Source of the DNA: Psammoneis japonica
Taxonomy: Eukaryota
Direction of reading: 5' to 3'
Assembly: GCA_008632985.1 (NCBI GenBank)
Contig: QPGO01000101.1
Coordinates: 186,001-250,000, forward strand
Length of the DNA stretch: 64,000 nucleotides
Part shown: one piece after another, positions 51,589-63,339 of the stretch
Layout: each line of letters starts with the position of its first letter
How positions within the stretch are numbered: position 1 is the stretch's first letter
Position numbers and translations under genes: made by a program
The notes under the pieces: model-generated
Seen by the model: only the letters and a program-made list of their open reading frames with translations
Databases searched by the model: none
Told to the model about the DNA's origin: nothing

Positions 51589-52458
51589 ATGGCACACAAA
51601 AGAAACACAACGACCTCCCCGGCCGCGAAAGCCAAAGTCGCCGAAACCAAACAGAAGAAGGCAAAGACGAAGTTTTCTGATGCTCTGTTGAAGAAACTAA
51701 GTCCGCCCCGCAAGACCAACGGCTTGACCAACGATGACCTTAAACTGGAAGACTGCCTTGCCAAGCATGGGTTCAAGCTTTCCAAATCTGCCGGTTCTGA
51801 CGATGGCAGCCATTCCGACAAGGACGCCCTCCAGCACTGCGCCACCATCACTGTCGGCCGCAAGAAAGGCGTCGTTTTTCATCTCCAAGCCAAGAATCCC
51901 CTTTCAACCAATGTTTGGTCGGAGAAGGTTCTGTTTGATGACCTTTGCAGCAGGACTCCGTGGGTGGTTCAAGTCGGATTCCACCCTTGCGCTGGCAGGT
52001 GGGTTCACGAAGGCGAGTTGCAGATGAACGCCAAGAACTGTGCCGTGCATCTCTTCTTCATCTTCCTCGAAGAAGTCCCAACCAATGCCAAAGTGCGCGG
52101 CCTCGGGAAGTGCATTGCAAAGCAGCTCAACAATGACCCTGAGAACAACACCAAGGTCTTTGTTGAAGATGACTTCTTCTGGATGAAGGATGCTGTTTGG
52201 TCCAAAGTGATCGGCAACGAGGCGGCACTCACCAAGCTTCAGAAGGAAGGTGGTCAGTTTCACATCGGTTGGCACGCCCAAAACAAGAACTTGCTTCACA
52301 GTTGCTTCTGTGAGGGGTCACTGCCCATGGAACTCTGTCGTCTCATTGGAGCTCTGGAAGAAGAAGCTGGAGAAGAGGCCAATGATGATGTCAAGCTCAA
52401 CTGCGAAGTTGACCTGAACGTCGATGACGACTTGGTGCTTCAGGACAGCGACGACTGA
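51589..52458 (+). CDS. Unknown protein (basic N-terminus, acidic C-terminus), TpA-mutated; probable TE cargo
   Basis: Uninterrupted coding-like ORF MAHKRNTTTSPAAKAK...VLQDSDD; lacks Tyr. Confidence 0.55.
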   Translation: MAHKRNTTTSPAAKAKVAETKQKKAKTKFSDALLKKLSPPRKTNGLTNDDLKLEDCLAKHGFKLSKSAGSDDGSHSDKDALQHCATITVGRKKGVVFHLQAKNPLSTNVWSEKVLFDDLCSRTPWVVQVGFHPCAGRWVHEGELQMNAKNCAVHLFFIFLEEVPTNAKVRGLGKCIAKQLNNDPENNTKVFVEDDFFWMKDAVWSKVIGNEAALTKLQKEGGQFHIGWHAQNKNLLHSCFCEGSLPMELCRLIGALEEEAGEEANDDVKLNCEVDLNVDDDLVLQDSDD

Positions 52459-52543
52459 GTTGTTTTCATTTGCCGGTGCAGTGTAAATTTGCAAATGTTC
52501 AGCAAACTAAGTGTCGATTACAACTCAGCTTTCCTCTGTCTCT

Positions 52544-53446
52544 TCAAGCATGTGCCAGCTCCGACAACAACTTGTTGTTACCGCGAAGCAATGGTGAATT
52601 GAGCAGAGCAACTGGCGTGTGACGTCTGGCACAGTGACAGTAAAAAAACAGTCCAGTTGAGTTCTTAAGCAAAATTGGCTGTTTCGCGACGGGTGAATGC
52701 TTCCGTTCCAAGTGTGTCGGAGTGGGACGTTGCATGTGCTGGCTGGTTGACTGAGAAGCATGTTTCATGTCTCTGCTGTGCCACAAAAAGTTGCCCTCAT
52801 GGTGATCCGCTGTGAAGGACTCGCACATCCACTCTCCCGTGTGCGACGCAAACAGCAGATCTAGCGACACCACTGCAGTCCCAGCACAACACAACTTTGA
52901 AAGCATCGCCTCTGCCTTCTGCTGTGTGTTCTTGTCGTCGACCATGCGGGAGTTGCAGTTGTTGAAGAACACCTTGAGTCCTTTCTTTTTCCACAAAGGA
53001 GCCAGGCTCTCATCCAAGAATGACTTGTTGATCAACTCTAACCCGCCGTTCGAGCAAAGGCCAGCACAATGAGCCCAACGTACAGCCTCTTGGTGACAAT
53101 CGTGGTCGGACTCGATGCTCACCACGGTGCAACGGCGACGAAGTAACTTGAGCCGGATGCTGGGTCCGGCAACTCCCCCGCCCATGTCGACAGATGTGTC
53201 GCAGGTGTGATTCATGCCAAGAAGGCATTTGTTCAAAAACACTTTGCTGCTCAAAGTGAAGCCAACTTCGCTGCCGTGCGAAGATCCGCTTCCGTCTCCA
53301 GAGACACGCCTGCTCTGGAATGCGGAGTCCGGAGCCGTTTGAAGACAAAACTCCCCAACACTTCTGCAACGATGGATCATCGCATCCAACTTTGTGGCAA
53401 AATCAACCTTGCTTGCAGCGGGTTCATCCAGACGTCGCGTTTCCAA
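52544..53446 (-). pseudogene. DOT1-like class I SAM-dependent methyltransferase, TpA-mutated
   Basis: Motif I VDMGGGVAG, VVSIESD, ELINKSFLD, KVFFNN, GTAVVSL in the order of DOT1 motifs (DLGSGVG, GIE, GxFL, VIFVNN, GxRIVS). Confidence 0.65.
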
Positions 53447-56400
53447 ACCAAACTGTGACGTGCGCAGAATGCGTAAATTTACCGTCGCGCCCTCTGTGCA
53501 CGCAAAATTTTCAAACGCGGCGTGCCACCTCTACCTGCGTGTGGAGCAACGTACAAAGTAATTCAAACAGACATGTGGATGCGTTCATTTAATGAGACGC
53601 CTTTGGGTGATGAAATTTGTTTTGAATCTTGGCCTGCTTCTCATCGTTGCCACACTTGTGTGTCCGTGTAATTCAAATGCACGAGCTGGCACGGCACGTA
53701 ACGCACTTCCACACGAGAACTCGTGCTGAGATTGCCGTGGGATGATCCTCCCTCCACGGACACAAAAACAACGCGACAACACTTCCGTCATCATTTTGAA
53801 ACACATTTCAAATTGAGACACACCATGTCGCAACTGCCTCGTGCCTCGCTGCATCGTCCTGCCAACCACAAGCACTTGTTGCGATCTAGTTACAACCGGT
53901 CTCGACAGTGTGGGGGTTTGGGACGTGCAGCTTGCAGCCCGACAACAAGCAAATGCTTCTCGCGATTGGGTTCGACCCCACTCCCCTGGAGTCCGCCGGT
54001 CCCTGTCAACAGAGTTTTGCTTTGGGTGCTGTTGAGGCAACGGAAAGCAGACACATCTCTCGATCAGGTTTTGACCCCACTCCCCTGGAGTCCGCCGGTC
54101 CCTGTCGACAGAGTTCTTCTTTGGGCACTGTTGAGACAACAGTGACAGTGTCAAGCAGCGGAACATTTGCCGGCAAGTTTGCACACACGTTCTCTGCAAA
54201 CACCGCATCATCCATGTGCACCAGGATGTACGAGAATGTGTTGAGGGCTCATCCACCACTTCGCAACCGCACTTGTGCATCCGTGTGATTCAAACGCACG
54301 AGCTGGCACAGCACGCAACGCACTTTTGCGCGAGAACTCGTGCTGAGATTGCCGTGGGATGATCCTCCCTCCGCGGACACAAAAACAACGCGACAACACT
54401 TCCGTCATTGTTTTGAAACACATTTCAAATTGAGACACACCATGTCGCAACCACCTCGTGCCTCGCTGCGTCGTCCCACCAACCACAAGCACTTGTCGCG
54501 ATCTAGTTGCAACCAGTCTCGACAGTGTGGGGGTTTGGGACGTGCAGCTCGCAGCCCGACAACAAGCAAACACTTCTTGTGATTGGGTTTGACCCCACTC
54601 CCCTGGAGTCCACCGGTCCCTGTCAACAGAGTTTTGCTTTGGGTGCTGTTGAGGCAACGGAAAGCAGACACATCTCTTGACCAGGTTTTGACCCCACTCC
54701 CGTGGAGTCCGCCGGTCCCTGTCGACAGAGTTCTGCTTTGGGCACTGTTGAGACAACAGTGACAGTGTCGAGCAGCGGAACATTCACCGGCAAGTTTGCA
54801 CACACGTTCTCTGCAAACACCGCATCGTCCACATGCACCAGGACATGCGAGAACGTGTTGAGGGCTCATCTGCCACTTCGCAAGGCCCACCGCAGCCGCA
54901 GGCGAATCCGCAGCCACACCAGCAGGAAAACATCCAAGATTGCTTGCCTCGTTCCACTCGCACCGTGCGCCACTGAGAGTCTCTCCATGCACTGTGTAGC
55001 TGACCGCACTCTGGTTTACAATGGCGACTGCACTCAGCCTGCACCACCTTGTCTTGCTGACATTGACTTTGCCGAATTGGCTCCTCTGGTCATCTGTGAC
55101 CTGTGCTCGATCTGAAGCCTTTCTTTGGCTTGGACGGTTGCCGCTGCGACAACACCTGCAACCTGCTGCCGCGTTCTGCTGTGGTGTTCAGCTCTCCCAA
55201 CCCAGCAGAACCAGTTGCTCAGTGCCGGGCGCTCAAAGCACTAGAAGGCTGCACCGCCCAGTCCACCGTGCGTGGTCCACCGTGCGCGGCAAACAACGCA
55301 TTGCCTTCATGGAGACGGACAGGAGCAAGTGTTCCACGATTGGCCTGGCTGCCACGAGAGACGCTCGTTCCCATTTTTCGAATGACAACTTGATGCTCAC
55401 CACGGTGCAATGGCGATGAAGCAACTTGAGCCCGATGCTGGGTCCGGCAACTCCCCCGCCCATGTCGACAGATGTGTCGCAGGTGTGATTCACGCCAAGA
55501 AGGCGTTCGTTCAAAAACACTTCGCTGCTCAAAGCGAAGCCAACCTCGCCGCCGTGCGAAGATCCGCTTCCGTCTCCGGAGACACGCCTGCTCTGGAATG
55601 CGGAGTCCGGAGCCGTTTGAAGACAAAACTCCCTCACACTTCTGCAACGATGGTTCATCGCATCCAACCTTGTGGCAACATCAACCTTGCTTGCAGCGGG
55701 TTCGACCAGACGTTGCGTTTCCAAACCAAACTGTGACGTGTGCAGAATGCGCAAAATTGCCGTCGCACCCTCTGCGCGTGCGAAATTTTCAAATGCGGCG
55801 TGCCACCTCCACCTGCGCATGGAGCGACGCATGAAGTCATTTTAAACAGATGTGTGGACGCGTTGAAATAACAAGACGCCTTTAGGCGGTAAAATTTGTT
55901 TTGAATCTCGGACTGCTTCTCATCGTTGCCGTGCTTGCATGTCCGTGCAATTCAAACGCACGAGCTGGCACGGCACGTAACGCACTTCTACGCGAGAACT
56001 CGCACTGAGATTGCCATGGGATGATCCTCCCTCCGCGGAGACAAAAACAATGCGACGACACTTCCGTCATCACATTTTGAAACACATTTCAAATTGAGAC
56101 ACACCATGTCGCAACTACCTCATGCCTCGCTGCGTCGTCCTGCCAACGACAAGCACTTGTCGCGATCGAGTTACAGCCGGTCTCGACAGTGTGGGGGTTT
56201 GGGACGTGCAGCTTGCAGCCTGACAACAAGCAAATGCTTCTCGCGATCAGGTTTCGACCCCACTCCCCTGGAGTCTGCCGGTCCCTGTCAACAGAGTTTT
56301 GCTTTGGGTGCTGTTGAGGCAACGGAAAGCAGACACATCTCTCGATCAGGTTTTGACCCCACTCCCCTGGAGTCCGCCGGTCCCTGTCGACGGAGTTCTG

Positions 56401-57018
56401 CTTTGGGCACTGTTGAGACGACAGTGACAGTGTCAAGCAGCGGAACATTTGCTGGCAAGTTCGCACACACGTTCTCTGCGAACACCGCATCGTCAATGCA
56501 CACCAGGACACACGAGAACGTGTTGAGGGCTCAACCGCCACTTCGTAAGGCCCACCGCAGCCGCAGGCAAATCCGCAGCCACGCCAGCAGGAAAACATCC
56601 AAGATCACTTGCCTCATTCCACTCGCACCGTGCGCCACTAAGAGTCTCTCCGCACACTGCATAGCTGACCGCACTCTAGTTTACAACGGCGACTACACTC
56701 AGCCTGCACCACCTTGTCTTGCTGACTTTGACTTTGCCGAATTGGCTCCTCTGCTCGTCTGTGACCCTGTGCTCGATCTGAAGCCTTTCTTTGGCTTGGA
56801 CAGTTGCCGCTGCGACAACACCTGCACCCTGCTGCCGCGTTCTGCTGTGGTGTTCAGCTCCCCCAACCCAGCAGAACTAGTTGCTCAGTGCCGAGCGCTC
56901 GAAGCACTAGAATGCTGCACCGCACAGTCCACCGTGCACGGCAAACAACGCGTTACCTTCATGGAGACGGACAGGAGCAAGCATTCCACGATTGGCCTGG
57001 CTGCCACGAGGGATGCTC
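53113..57018. repeat. Nested segmental duplications covering the DOT1-like 5' half, the intergenic region and the TET/JBP-like 5' half
   Basis: 53113-53660 resembles 55393-55940; 53660-54270 resembles 54275-54870 and 55940-56550; 54870-55365 resembles 56550-57018. An internal roughly 80-bp unit GACCCCACTCCC(C)TGGAGTC occurs twice in each block. Confidence 0.9.
55393..55832 (-). pseudogene. Truncated second copy of the DOT1-like gene
   Basis: SVDMGGGVAGPSIGLKLLHRHCTVVSI, then breaks off. Confidence 0.7.
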
Positions 57019-57539
57019 GAATTTCTTGCAAGCAGCCTGGCACAGCCGACCAACACACTCACCACCTCACCAGACTTCTTTCACGCATGGAGCACCTTGT
57101 CAATGAGTGCGTGGACTGTGCCATCCTCAAGGGTGTCGCTCGTGTCAAAAAGTTTCACAACTGGAAATCCCTGGTGCGGTCAGATGGCATTTTCTCCTCT
57201 CTGGCGGCTGGGCGCAATGTCTTCCTCAACGCCCATCGGGACCAGGACTTCTTCCTGTCAGTGGTCACCGTGGTGGGAGTCCCTCCGTCCGGCAGCTACA
57301 ACATGAATGACGGGATTGTGGCGTGCTTCTGCTTCCCCACCGAAGGCATCTCCGTTGCACTCCGGCTTGGTGATGTCATCATTTTTAACCCCACCAAGTG
57401 CCACTGCATCTCCAGCAGGACAAACTCAAACGACGAGTTCTTCTGCGTGTCTCTCCACCTGAAGAGTGCTGCAGTGGGCAAGAACAACAATTCAATCCCC
57501 CTTTCTCTAGAGGAAGAGACCATTCTCAGGCGACTGTGA
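56106..57539 (+). CDS. 2OG-Fe(II) dioxygenase, TET/JBP-like, partially TpA-mutated
   Basis: C-terminal DSBH signature: IFSSLAAGRNVFLNAHRDQD (HxD) ... FCFPTEGISVALRLGDVIIFNPTKCHCIS (distal His) ... CVSL[H]LK. Confidence 0.65.
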   Translation: MSQLPHASLRRPANDKHLSRSSYSRSRQCGGLGRAACSLTTSKCFSRSGFDPTPLESAGPCQQSFALGAVEATESRHISRSGFDPTPLESAGPCRRSSALGTVETTVTVSSSGTFAGKFAHTFSANTASSMHTRTHENVLRAQPPLRKAHRSRRQIRSHASRKTSKITCLIPLAPCATKSLSAHCIADRTLVYNGDYTQPAPPCLADFDFAELAPLLVCDPVLDLKPFFGLDSCRCDNTCTLLPRSAVVFSSPNPAELVAQCRALEALECCTAQSTVHGKQRVTFMETDRSKHSTIGLAATRDARISCKQPGTADQHTHHLTRLLSRMEHLVNECVDCAILKGVARVKKFHNWKSLVRSDGIFSSLAAGRNVFLNAHRDQDFFLSVVTVVGVPPSGSYNMNDGIVACFCFPTEGISVALRLGDVIIFNPTKCHCISSRTNSNDEFFCVSLHLKSAAVGKNNNSIPLSLEEETILRRL

Positions 57540-57761
57540 TGGTGCAAAATAACTTGCTAAATTTGCATAAATTTGCTGACTTTCTGCACTCAGGTGACTG
57601 TGCAGACACCTGCCAATTCACCAGATTTGCGCAAATTTGCCGACTTTCTGTTCTTCCTCATTCCCATTTTTCGAACCACAACTGGGGCTACGCCTTTCCA
57701 ACCAATGCTGCACTTTCGCTGAAAAACACCAACACACTGTGCTGCTAATTTACAGAGCACA

Positions 57762-58400
57762 CTACACGGCAAACGTTTTGCCAGACGCAGAGCTTCTCCC
57801 CCCTGACTTGGGGAGCAGACGCGATTTCTTCTTCCGATTCATGGCACCCGACGTTGCCTTCCTCTTCTTCTTCTTCTTCTCCGATTCGTCCAAGTTGCAT
57901 CTGCAGAGAAATTCCTCCCCGGGCATGATTCGCTTCATGACTGCCAAGCACCCGTCGTTGTAGAACTCGCAGTTGTTGTCCGCGTGTTGGCTTGCCTTGA
58001 TCTTCTTCTTGTCCTTGAACGACTCGGTGGCATCGTTCACGTGGTGCATTCCGAGGTAGAGTGGGTGGGAATTCTTGTTCCCTGGACCGCTAAAATCAAG
58101 CAGTTTTGGCTCCACTGTGACACAGTGGCCCTCGCTGTCATGGATGGTGGAGCAGCACACGCTGTGGTCTTCTCCAAACTTGCTGTCGTGGTTGTACCAT
58201 GAGCAGCTCCTTGTCATACCGGGCACCCTGGGGCCCATGTAGATTCCAACCGCGCTGCCTTTCTGGAGCTGGCGCAAAGCAAAAAAACCAATGCCTGCGC
58301 CCCTCCGTCGTGACACGCACAGCTCGCCCACCTCCACCTCCTTGGGGCCTGCGGAGCGAGCTAACTTTTCGAGGCAAAACAATGCAGGTTGAAGTGACAC
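57762..58400 (-). CDS. SET-domain lysine methyltransferase-like protein, TpA-mutated
   Basis: GAGIGFFALRQLQKGSAVGIYMG, LGMH[H]VND, KRIMPGEEFLCR[C]N, followed by a basic NLS-like tail. Confidence 0.8.
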   Translation of the reverse strand: MSLQPALFCLEKLARSAGPKEVEVGELCVSRRRGAGIGFFALRQLQKGSAVGIYMGPRVPGMTRSCSWYNHDSKFGEDHSVCCSTIHDSEGHCVTVEPKLLDFSGPGNKNSHPLYLGMHHVNDATESFKDKKKIKASQHADNNCEFYNDGCLAVMKRIMPGEEFLCRCNLDESEKKKKKRKATSGAMNRKKKSRLLPKSGGRSSASGKTFAV

Positions 58401-59169
58401 GGCGCCTCACCCAAATCTTAGTTTGGTTTTGCCGTGTTTTTGAACAAAATTCCCCGGGATTGCCACCTTTTACCCTGTTTTTCTGTGGAAAGGGTGAATT
58501 CCCGGGGAATCGACACGAGTTGCCCTTCGTCATGTGTGTGCTTGGTGTGCGAATAAAAAATTGTGCGTTGGCAATTCCCCGTTCTTCCCCTCTTGTACAT
58601 TTCTGCGTGTTCTACGTGCCGGCACGTACGGAGCCACACATCAGAATTGAAAATCAACAATCACAACAAAAATGGGCAACACGCCATTGAGCGGCTCGCA
58701 TCCCATTTGTGACGGCTTTTGTCAAACAATGATGACACCAGTCAATCTAGTGAACGACATTGCGATTGACAGCATAAAATGTAAAATGAGTGGATTCTTG
58801 ACAGATCATGTTTAGAAAAAAAAGGTGCACTGATGGATCGTTGCACTTGTTCTTTTGTCGTGCGGTCACAAATGCAAGCCATGCGGCGTCTGTGGTGAAG
58901 TCCAAAGCAAAAGTAGAACTGTCCATGGCAAATAAAAATGTGGCGGATTGAATGGCCTTGCTTGTTTTTCCAGTCGACACATCTCATGTTCAGAATGAAG
59001 TGGGTCGTTTAGAATCGCTGTTGTCGTGCAGCTGCAAATGCAAACCATGAGGTGTCCAAAGCAAAGGCTCAGGCAAAAGCAGAACCTCACAAGGCCAATA
59101 AAAAACATGTCAGATTGAGTGTTCATGCTTGTTCTTTCCTTTGAACTGTCTTGTTTGCAGAATGCAGCG

Positions 59170-59580
59170 TGTCATGCATTCCTTCTTGTGTCGCGTGGTC
59201 ACAAATGCAAACCACAAGGGCTCTAGAGCAAAGGACAAGGCAAAAATAGAACCTCACACAAGCAACATTGATGTGGCTGATCCAATGGTGAAGTTTCTTC
59301 TTTCCTTGCTCCACCACAAGGGGCCGCTTTGTGTCGATGTGTCGATGCAATCATTGTCGTCGCTCGGTCATGGTGATAAAAGCACACCCGCCTAACTGTG
59401 TTTTCCGCACATTGCCGCATTCCATTCGTTTTTGTTCCCCTCCCCTGAGCCCTTTCAGGCGTTCCTTCCCGCAAAATTGCCCTCATTTCCTGGGATTCCC
59501 CCAAAAGAGCAAGGTAACTTCCCCTTGCCCTGGCCATTTTGGGGAATCCCCAAATGGGTAAAACCAAACTAAGATCCAAA
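59170..59580 (-). repeat. Dispersed repeat family A, inverted and less decayed copy
   Basis: TTCCTTCCCGCAAAATTGCCCTCATTTCC and AAATGCAAACCACAAGGGCTCT are reverse complements of blocks at 3640-3930 and 26150-26460. Confidence 0.8.
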
Positions 59581-60388
59581 TGTGCACACTTCTGCACTTG
59601 CTCTCTTCACGAGGCAGACCAGTGCGAGCGACCACCCCGCTTCGAAAGCCCAGGCGGCAGTCTTGAACACTTTGTTGCTCTTCGGCATCAAGTCTGGGAT
59701 GCCCCTCTTGCCGACTTCCGTGCGGCACCTCCACACCCACTTGCAGTGTTCGCCGCGAGCATTCACGATGGCTCCAGGGTCGCTCCTGATGCACCCCAGT
59801 TCTCCCAGCGCGGGGAACCAGAGGTCGGGATGATTCGGCGCATCCTTCATCAGGCACATGGCCTCCTGGAAATTATCGGATTTTTCGTGCCGCCACACCC
59901 AGCCCCACAAGTCGAGTGACGGCTCGTTGGGGTCCGGAAATTGCTTTCCTTCTTCTTCCTCTTCTGCCGTTGCTTTCGTGACCACTTTGGCCACGGGCTT
60001 GGCTGCCTCCTCGCTTTTGCCGCTGCAAAAAGGCAGGAACTCCGGTTTCACAAAGCTGGCCTGTTGACCCACCATCTTGATCTTGCAACCAGCCTTGAGG
60101 AGCTGCTCGACGGTGCAACCCAGCTGCTGTGCTTCTTTCCAGCCACAAATTTGAAAGGTTGGCTCTGGCGGCTCGGATTTCTCCCTGTTTTCAGTTTGGG
60201 ACTGCGCCGGCACCTCCAACATCCTTGCACGTTCAGACTCAACGGACACACCCTCGGCACTTCCCTCGGCGCCAAGTGCAGTCATGGCAGCTGCCGCCGC
60301 GCCTTCGGCGCCCGTGAGTTCTGCCATGACTTCCGGAGCTGCTGCATCCTCTGCTTTGCCAGACGCAACGATGTTCTCCTCCACCATT
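59569..60388 (-). CDS. Unknown protein (Ala/Glu-rich N-terminus, Trp-rich C-terminal domain), TpA-mutated
   Basis: Continuous coding-like ORF from MVEENIVASGK; no Tyr; no family recognised. Confidence 0.4.
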
Positions 60389-60870
60389 CTGACGCCGTGA
60401 TGACAGAGCTGCACTGACTGCTGTGTGGTGTGCTGCTTTATTCCAGCCGTTGGCGATCCACATCCTTCTGCGCACGTAAACGTGTGACACTTCGTGCCAA
60501 ATTCCACGTGCCCAACGCACCCTACAATGCCTGCCGCACGCTTCCGAGTTCCTCAACGTGCCGCCTCCACAACTTGTATTGTCGTCAGGACGTGGCGCGT
60601 CTGTACCTGTCTACGTCCGTCTTCACTACTGTACGCACTACGGTGCTGCAGCGCACCCTATCAAAGCCTCATTAATGTTTATTTTTTCCTTCCTTTTCCT
60701 TTTCTCTTCTTCTTCTATCTGGCTGGGAGGAACTGCTGGATAGCCTGGGTATGTCAAAGAATGGCAGAGCTCCCGAATAATAACTTTCCTGTACTGTCAT
60801 TGCACCTATTTTACCACATAGAGTCACAATTACACAAAAGCGACGAAAACGAAGTCACCATTGTAGCACA

Positions 60871-63134
60871 CTAGTTTAGACTATCTCGTAGCCGTTGCAA
60901 TAGAATACGCCTGTTCTCCCATACAAGTCGCACATCCCTGCCGTTTCTCAGTCTTAGAGTTCTCCACCGAATATTTTCACCGTCCTGGCTGCTTGGCTGC
61001 CGCCGAGGATCATGCCCAAGTCCTTGCACTAGCTTTCGTCGAAAGCCTTCGTCCTTTGACGTTCGCTCCCACCAATTCTTAAACTCTTGCAAACTTACAT
61101 ACCCGTCTTTATCCTCATCCCAATTTGCAAATATCTCGTTAAGGCTAGTATCTGAAGAATCGTCCCAGTTCTTTCCCAAAACTGCATTTGCACCACGACG
61201 GACATCCTTTTCGTCTAAATATCCGTCTCGATCCAAGTCGATAGCATAAAAGACCAACTGTGGATCTCGAACCCTTTTGAGGAGCTCGCGCTTGAACAAT
61301 CCGATTCGCTCACGAGGCTTTAATGCCCTGTACACGCAAAAGCTCAAAGAAAGCATGGTGGCCGTGACAAGAGCTCGTGCCTTTCGTCCAAAGGCATCTC
61401 GAGGAACCAATACGAGCTTGCCCATGGCTATAAATTGTTGAATAAACCCCGCCGCAAAGCCCAAACCACCACCCGCAAGAATAAGCGTGAGCTCGTCTTC
61501 CTCAAAAATGGGATGCAACACTCTCTCAAATTGTTGTGAGCTCATGGCCATCATTCTCGTTCCCAACGTGTTTTCAACATCAAGAACTTTGTCGACGTAG
61601 GGATGCAAGTCTGTAAGGTACTGCGGCAGTGCTTTCGTAGCCTTTCTGGATGCAAAATAGAGCTTTTTTGGATCTCGATTCAAATCCACGAGACCGCCCG
61701 ATTCTTCGAGAACGATTTGTGCCAAGCTCTTGGCAAATATAGCAGAAAACTGCGGTGACGTCGTCGGGTCCGTGAGTATCGAATTCCAAATCTGTTCCGA
61801 AGTTAAAACCTTGGATGCAAAAAAGCTTGAAAAGTCAGCAGATACTTCTGCCTGTCGTCGTAGAAACAAACCTTGAAGCACAAAAGGACCGACGCGCGTC
61901 GGATTGACCGGCTCAAAGATCCATTTCAAGGCAAGCCAATTGGTGGCCAATCCCACAATGAGTCCACCGACCGACATGGTCCAGGGGTTGTCCCAAAACA
62001 CGGCAACTACGAGCTGCAAAAGCCCCAGTAAAAAACCAAACCACAATCCACTGTCGGTAAGAAAGGCCAATTCCTTCTTTCCGGAGATCTGAAACAGCTT
62101 CCCCAACAGGGACCGATCTGCCATCATTTGTTCCACAACACAATTTCGTAAACTCAGAACACGATCAATATTGTCTTGTACACTTATAGTCAATACCTTG
62201 AGAAACTTGAATCGTATTCGTTGTTGCCAATCCGATTTGGTAGCGGCAGCCGTCAAGACGGCGGAGCGCATCCATTCTGCCGGAAGATCCGACGTTAAAT
62301 CTTGAAGGATGGGATCAATCATTTCATCGACTTGTGGTAATAGTATATTGGCAACTGTGGAAGGATCCACACGCTGTATCATTTCTTCCATGGACAAAAG
62401 TTGTGTCACTGTGTGATTGCGGAGTGCGTGGGGAAATTGTTTAGAGCTGTACGCCGACTACTGCTGGTTTGCACTGCAATTTCAGAATCTACTTACGCGT
62501 GGTGTTGACCATGGCTTCCGTCATCTTTTGCGTCTTTGCAGGAACTACAAAACATATAAGAGAACAAAGAAAATGGATGAGAATGCGCAAGTTTTTTCTT
62601 GAGGTTTGCCCTCACGCAAACTTTAATGCTAGTTGCGTTCGTTTTGTTTTGCGAGGATAGAAACACAAACGTACCAATACCCTGCCAACCAATAAATCCC
62701 AGAGGTTCACCTTCTTTTTTCCAAAAGGGTATACCACGCCATCGTATCGGTTTGAAAATCATTTGAACCGCCAAGTAATTTGTGAACCATCCGACAAATC
62801 CTGCAATGACTGGAATCAACGAGAAAGTTCTCCATCTTGATCGAAACGTCAGAGATCCATGTGCTATTATTCTCTTGCTCAGGGAAACGGCCTGGATGAG
62901 TGTCGGAAAGGCGTGTAGAGTCGTTATGCTGCTGCTACTGCTGTACCTGTGTCGTTGAAAGTTGTTCGTTCGAGTAGTACCAACCGAATGTGATTTTGTG
63001 GGAAATGTTGTTGTATGGTATCGAGAGCAAGATGCAGCATGATTCAACGTACTACTACAAAACGCGTCTGATGTACCAATCGCCAATGCAAGAACAGATA
63101 CAGGAACACAAACAATAGTATAGCAAGTCCTCAT
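60871..63134 (-). CDS. DUF445-like membrane protein with C-terminal EF-hand pair; probable plastid targeting
   Basis: Signal peptide ending SDA-F plus a Ser/Thr-rich transit peptide; IAGFVGWFTNYLAVQMIFKP, GWQGI|VPAK, GLATNWLALKWIFEP, FEEDELTLILAGG; EF-hands DLDRDGYLDEKD and DEDKDGYVSLQE; GT-AG introns about 62545-62674 and 62409-62496. Confidence 0.88.
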
Positions 63135-63339
63135 TTTGTAGCATCAATTACACACGTCACACACAAGTCGTTATAGCAGACGTCTTTCTCATATCCTCAA
63201 CAAAAACCATCAACAACACGCAGCGATCATCGTGCTTCAACTTTGTGTCAGCGGTCATCATAGCGGGGCGCAAAAATCGAAACGGCGACTGACGTGCGCG
63301 CCAAAAAATAGAGACCCGGAAATTAATTTCCTTTAGCTC

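Noticed and set aside
35600..60600. Exact Helitron termini (5' TC, 3' hairpin-CTRR)
   Set aside because: No convincing end found by eye, so inclusion of the cargo genes inside the element remains inference.
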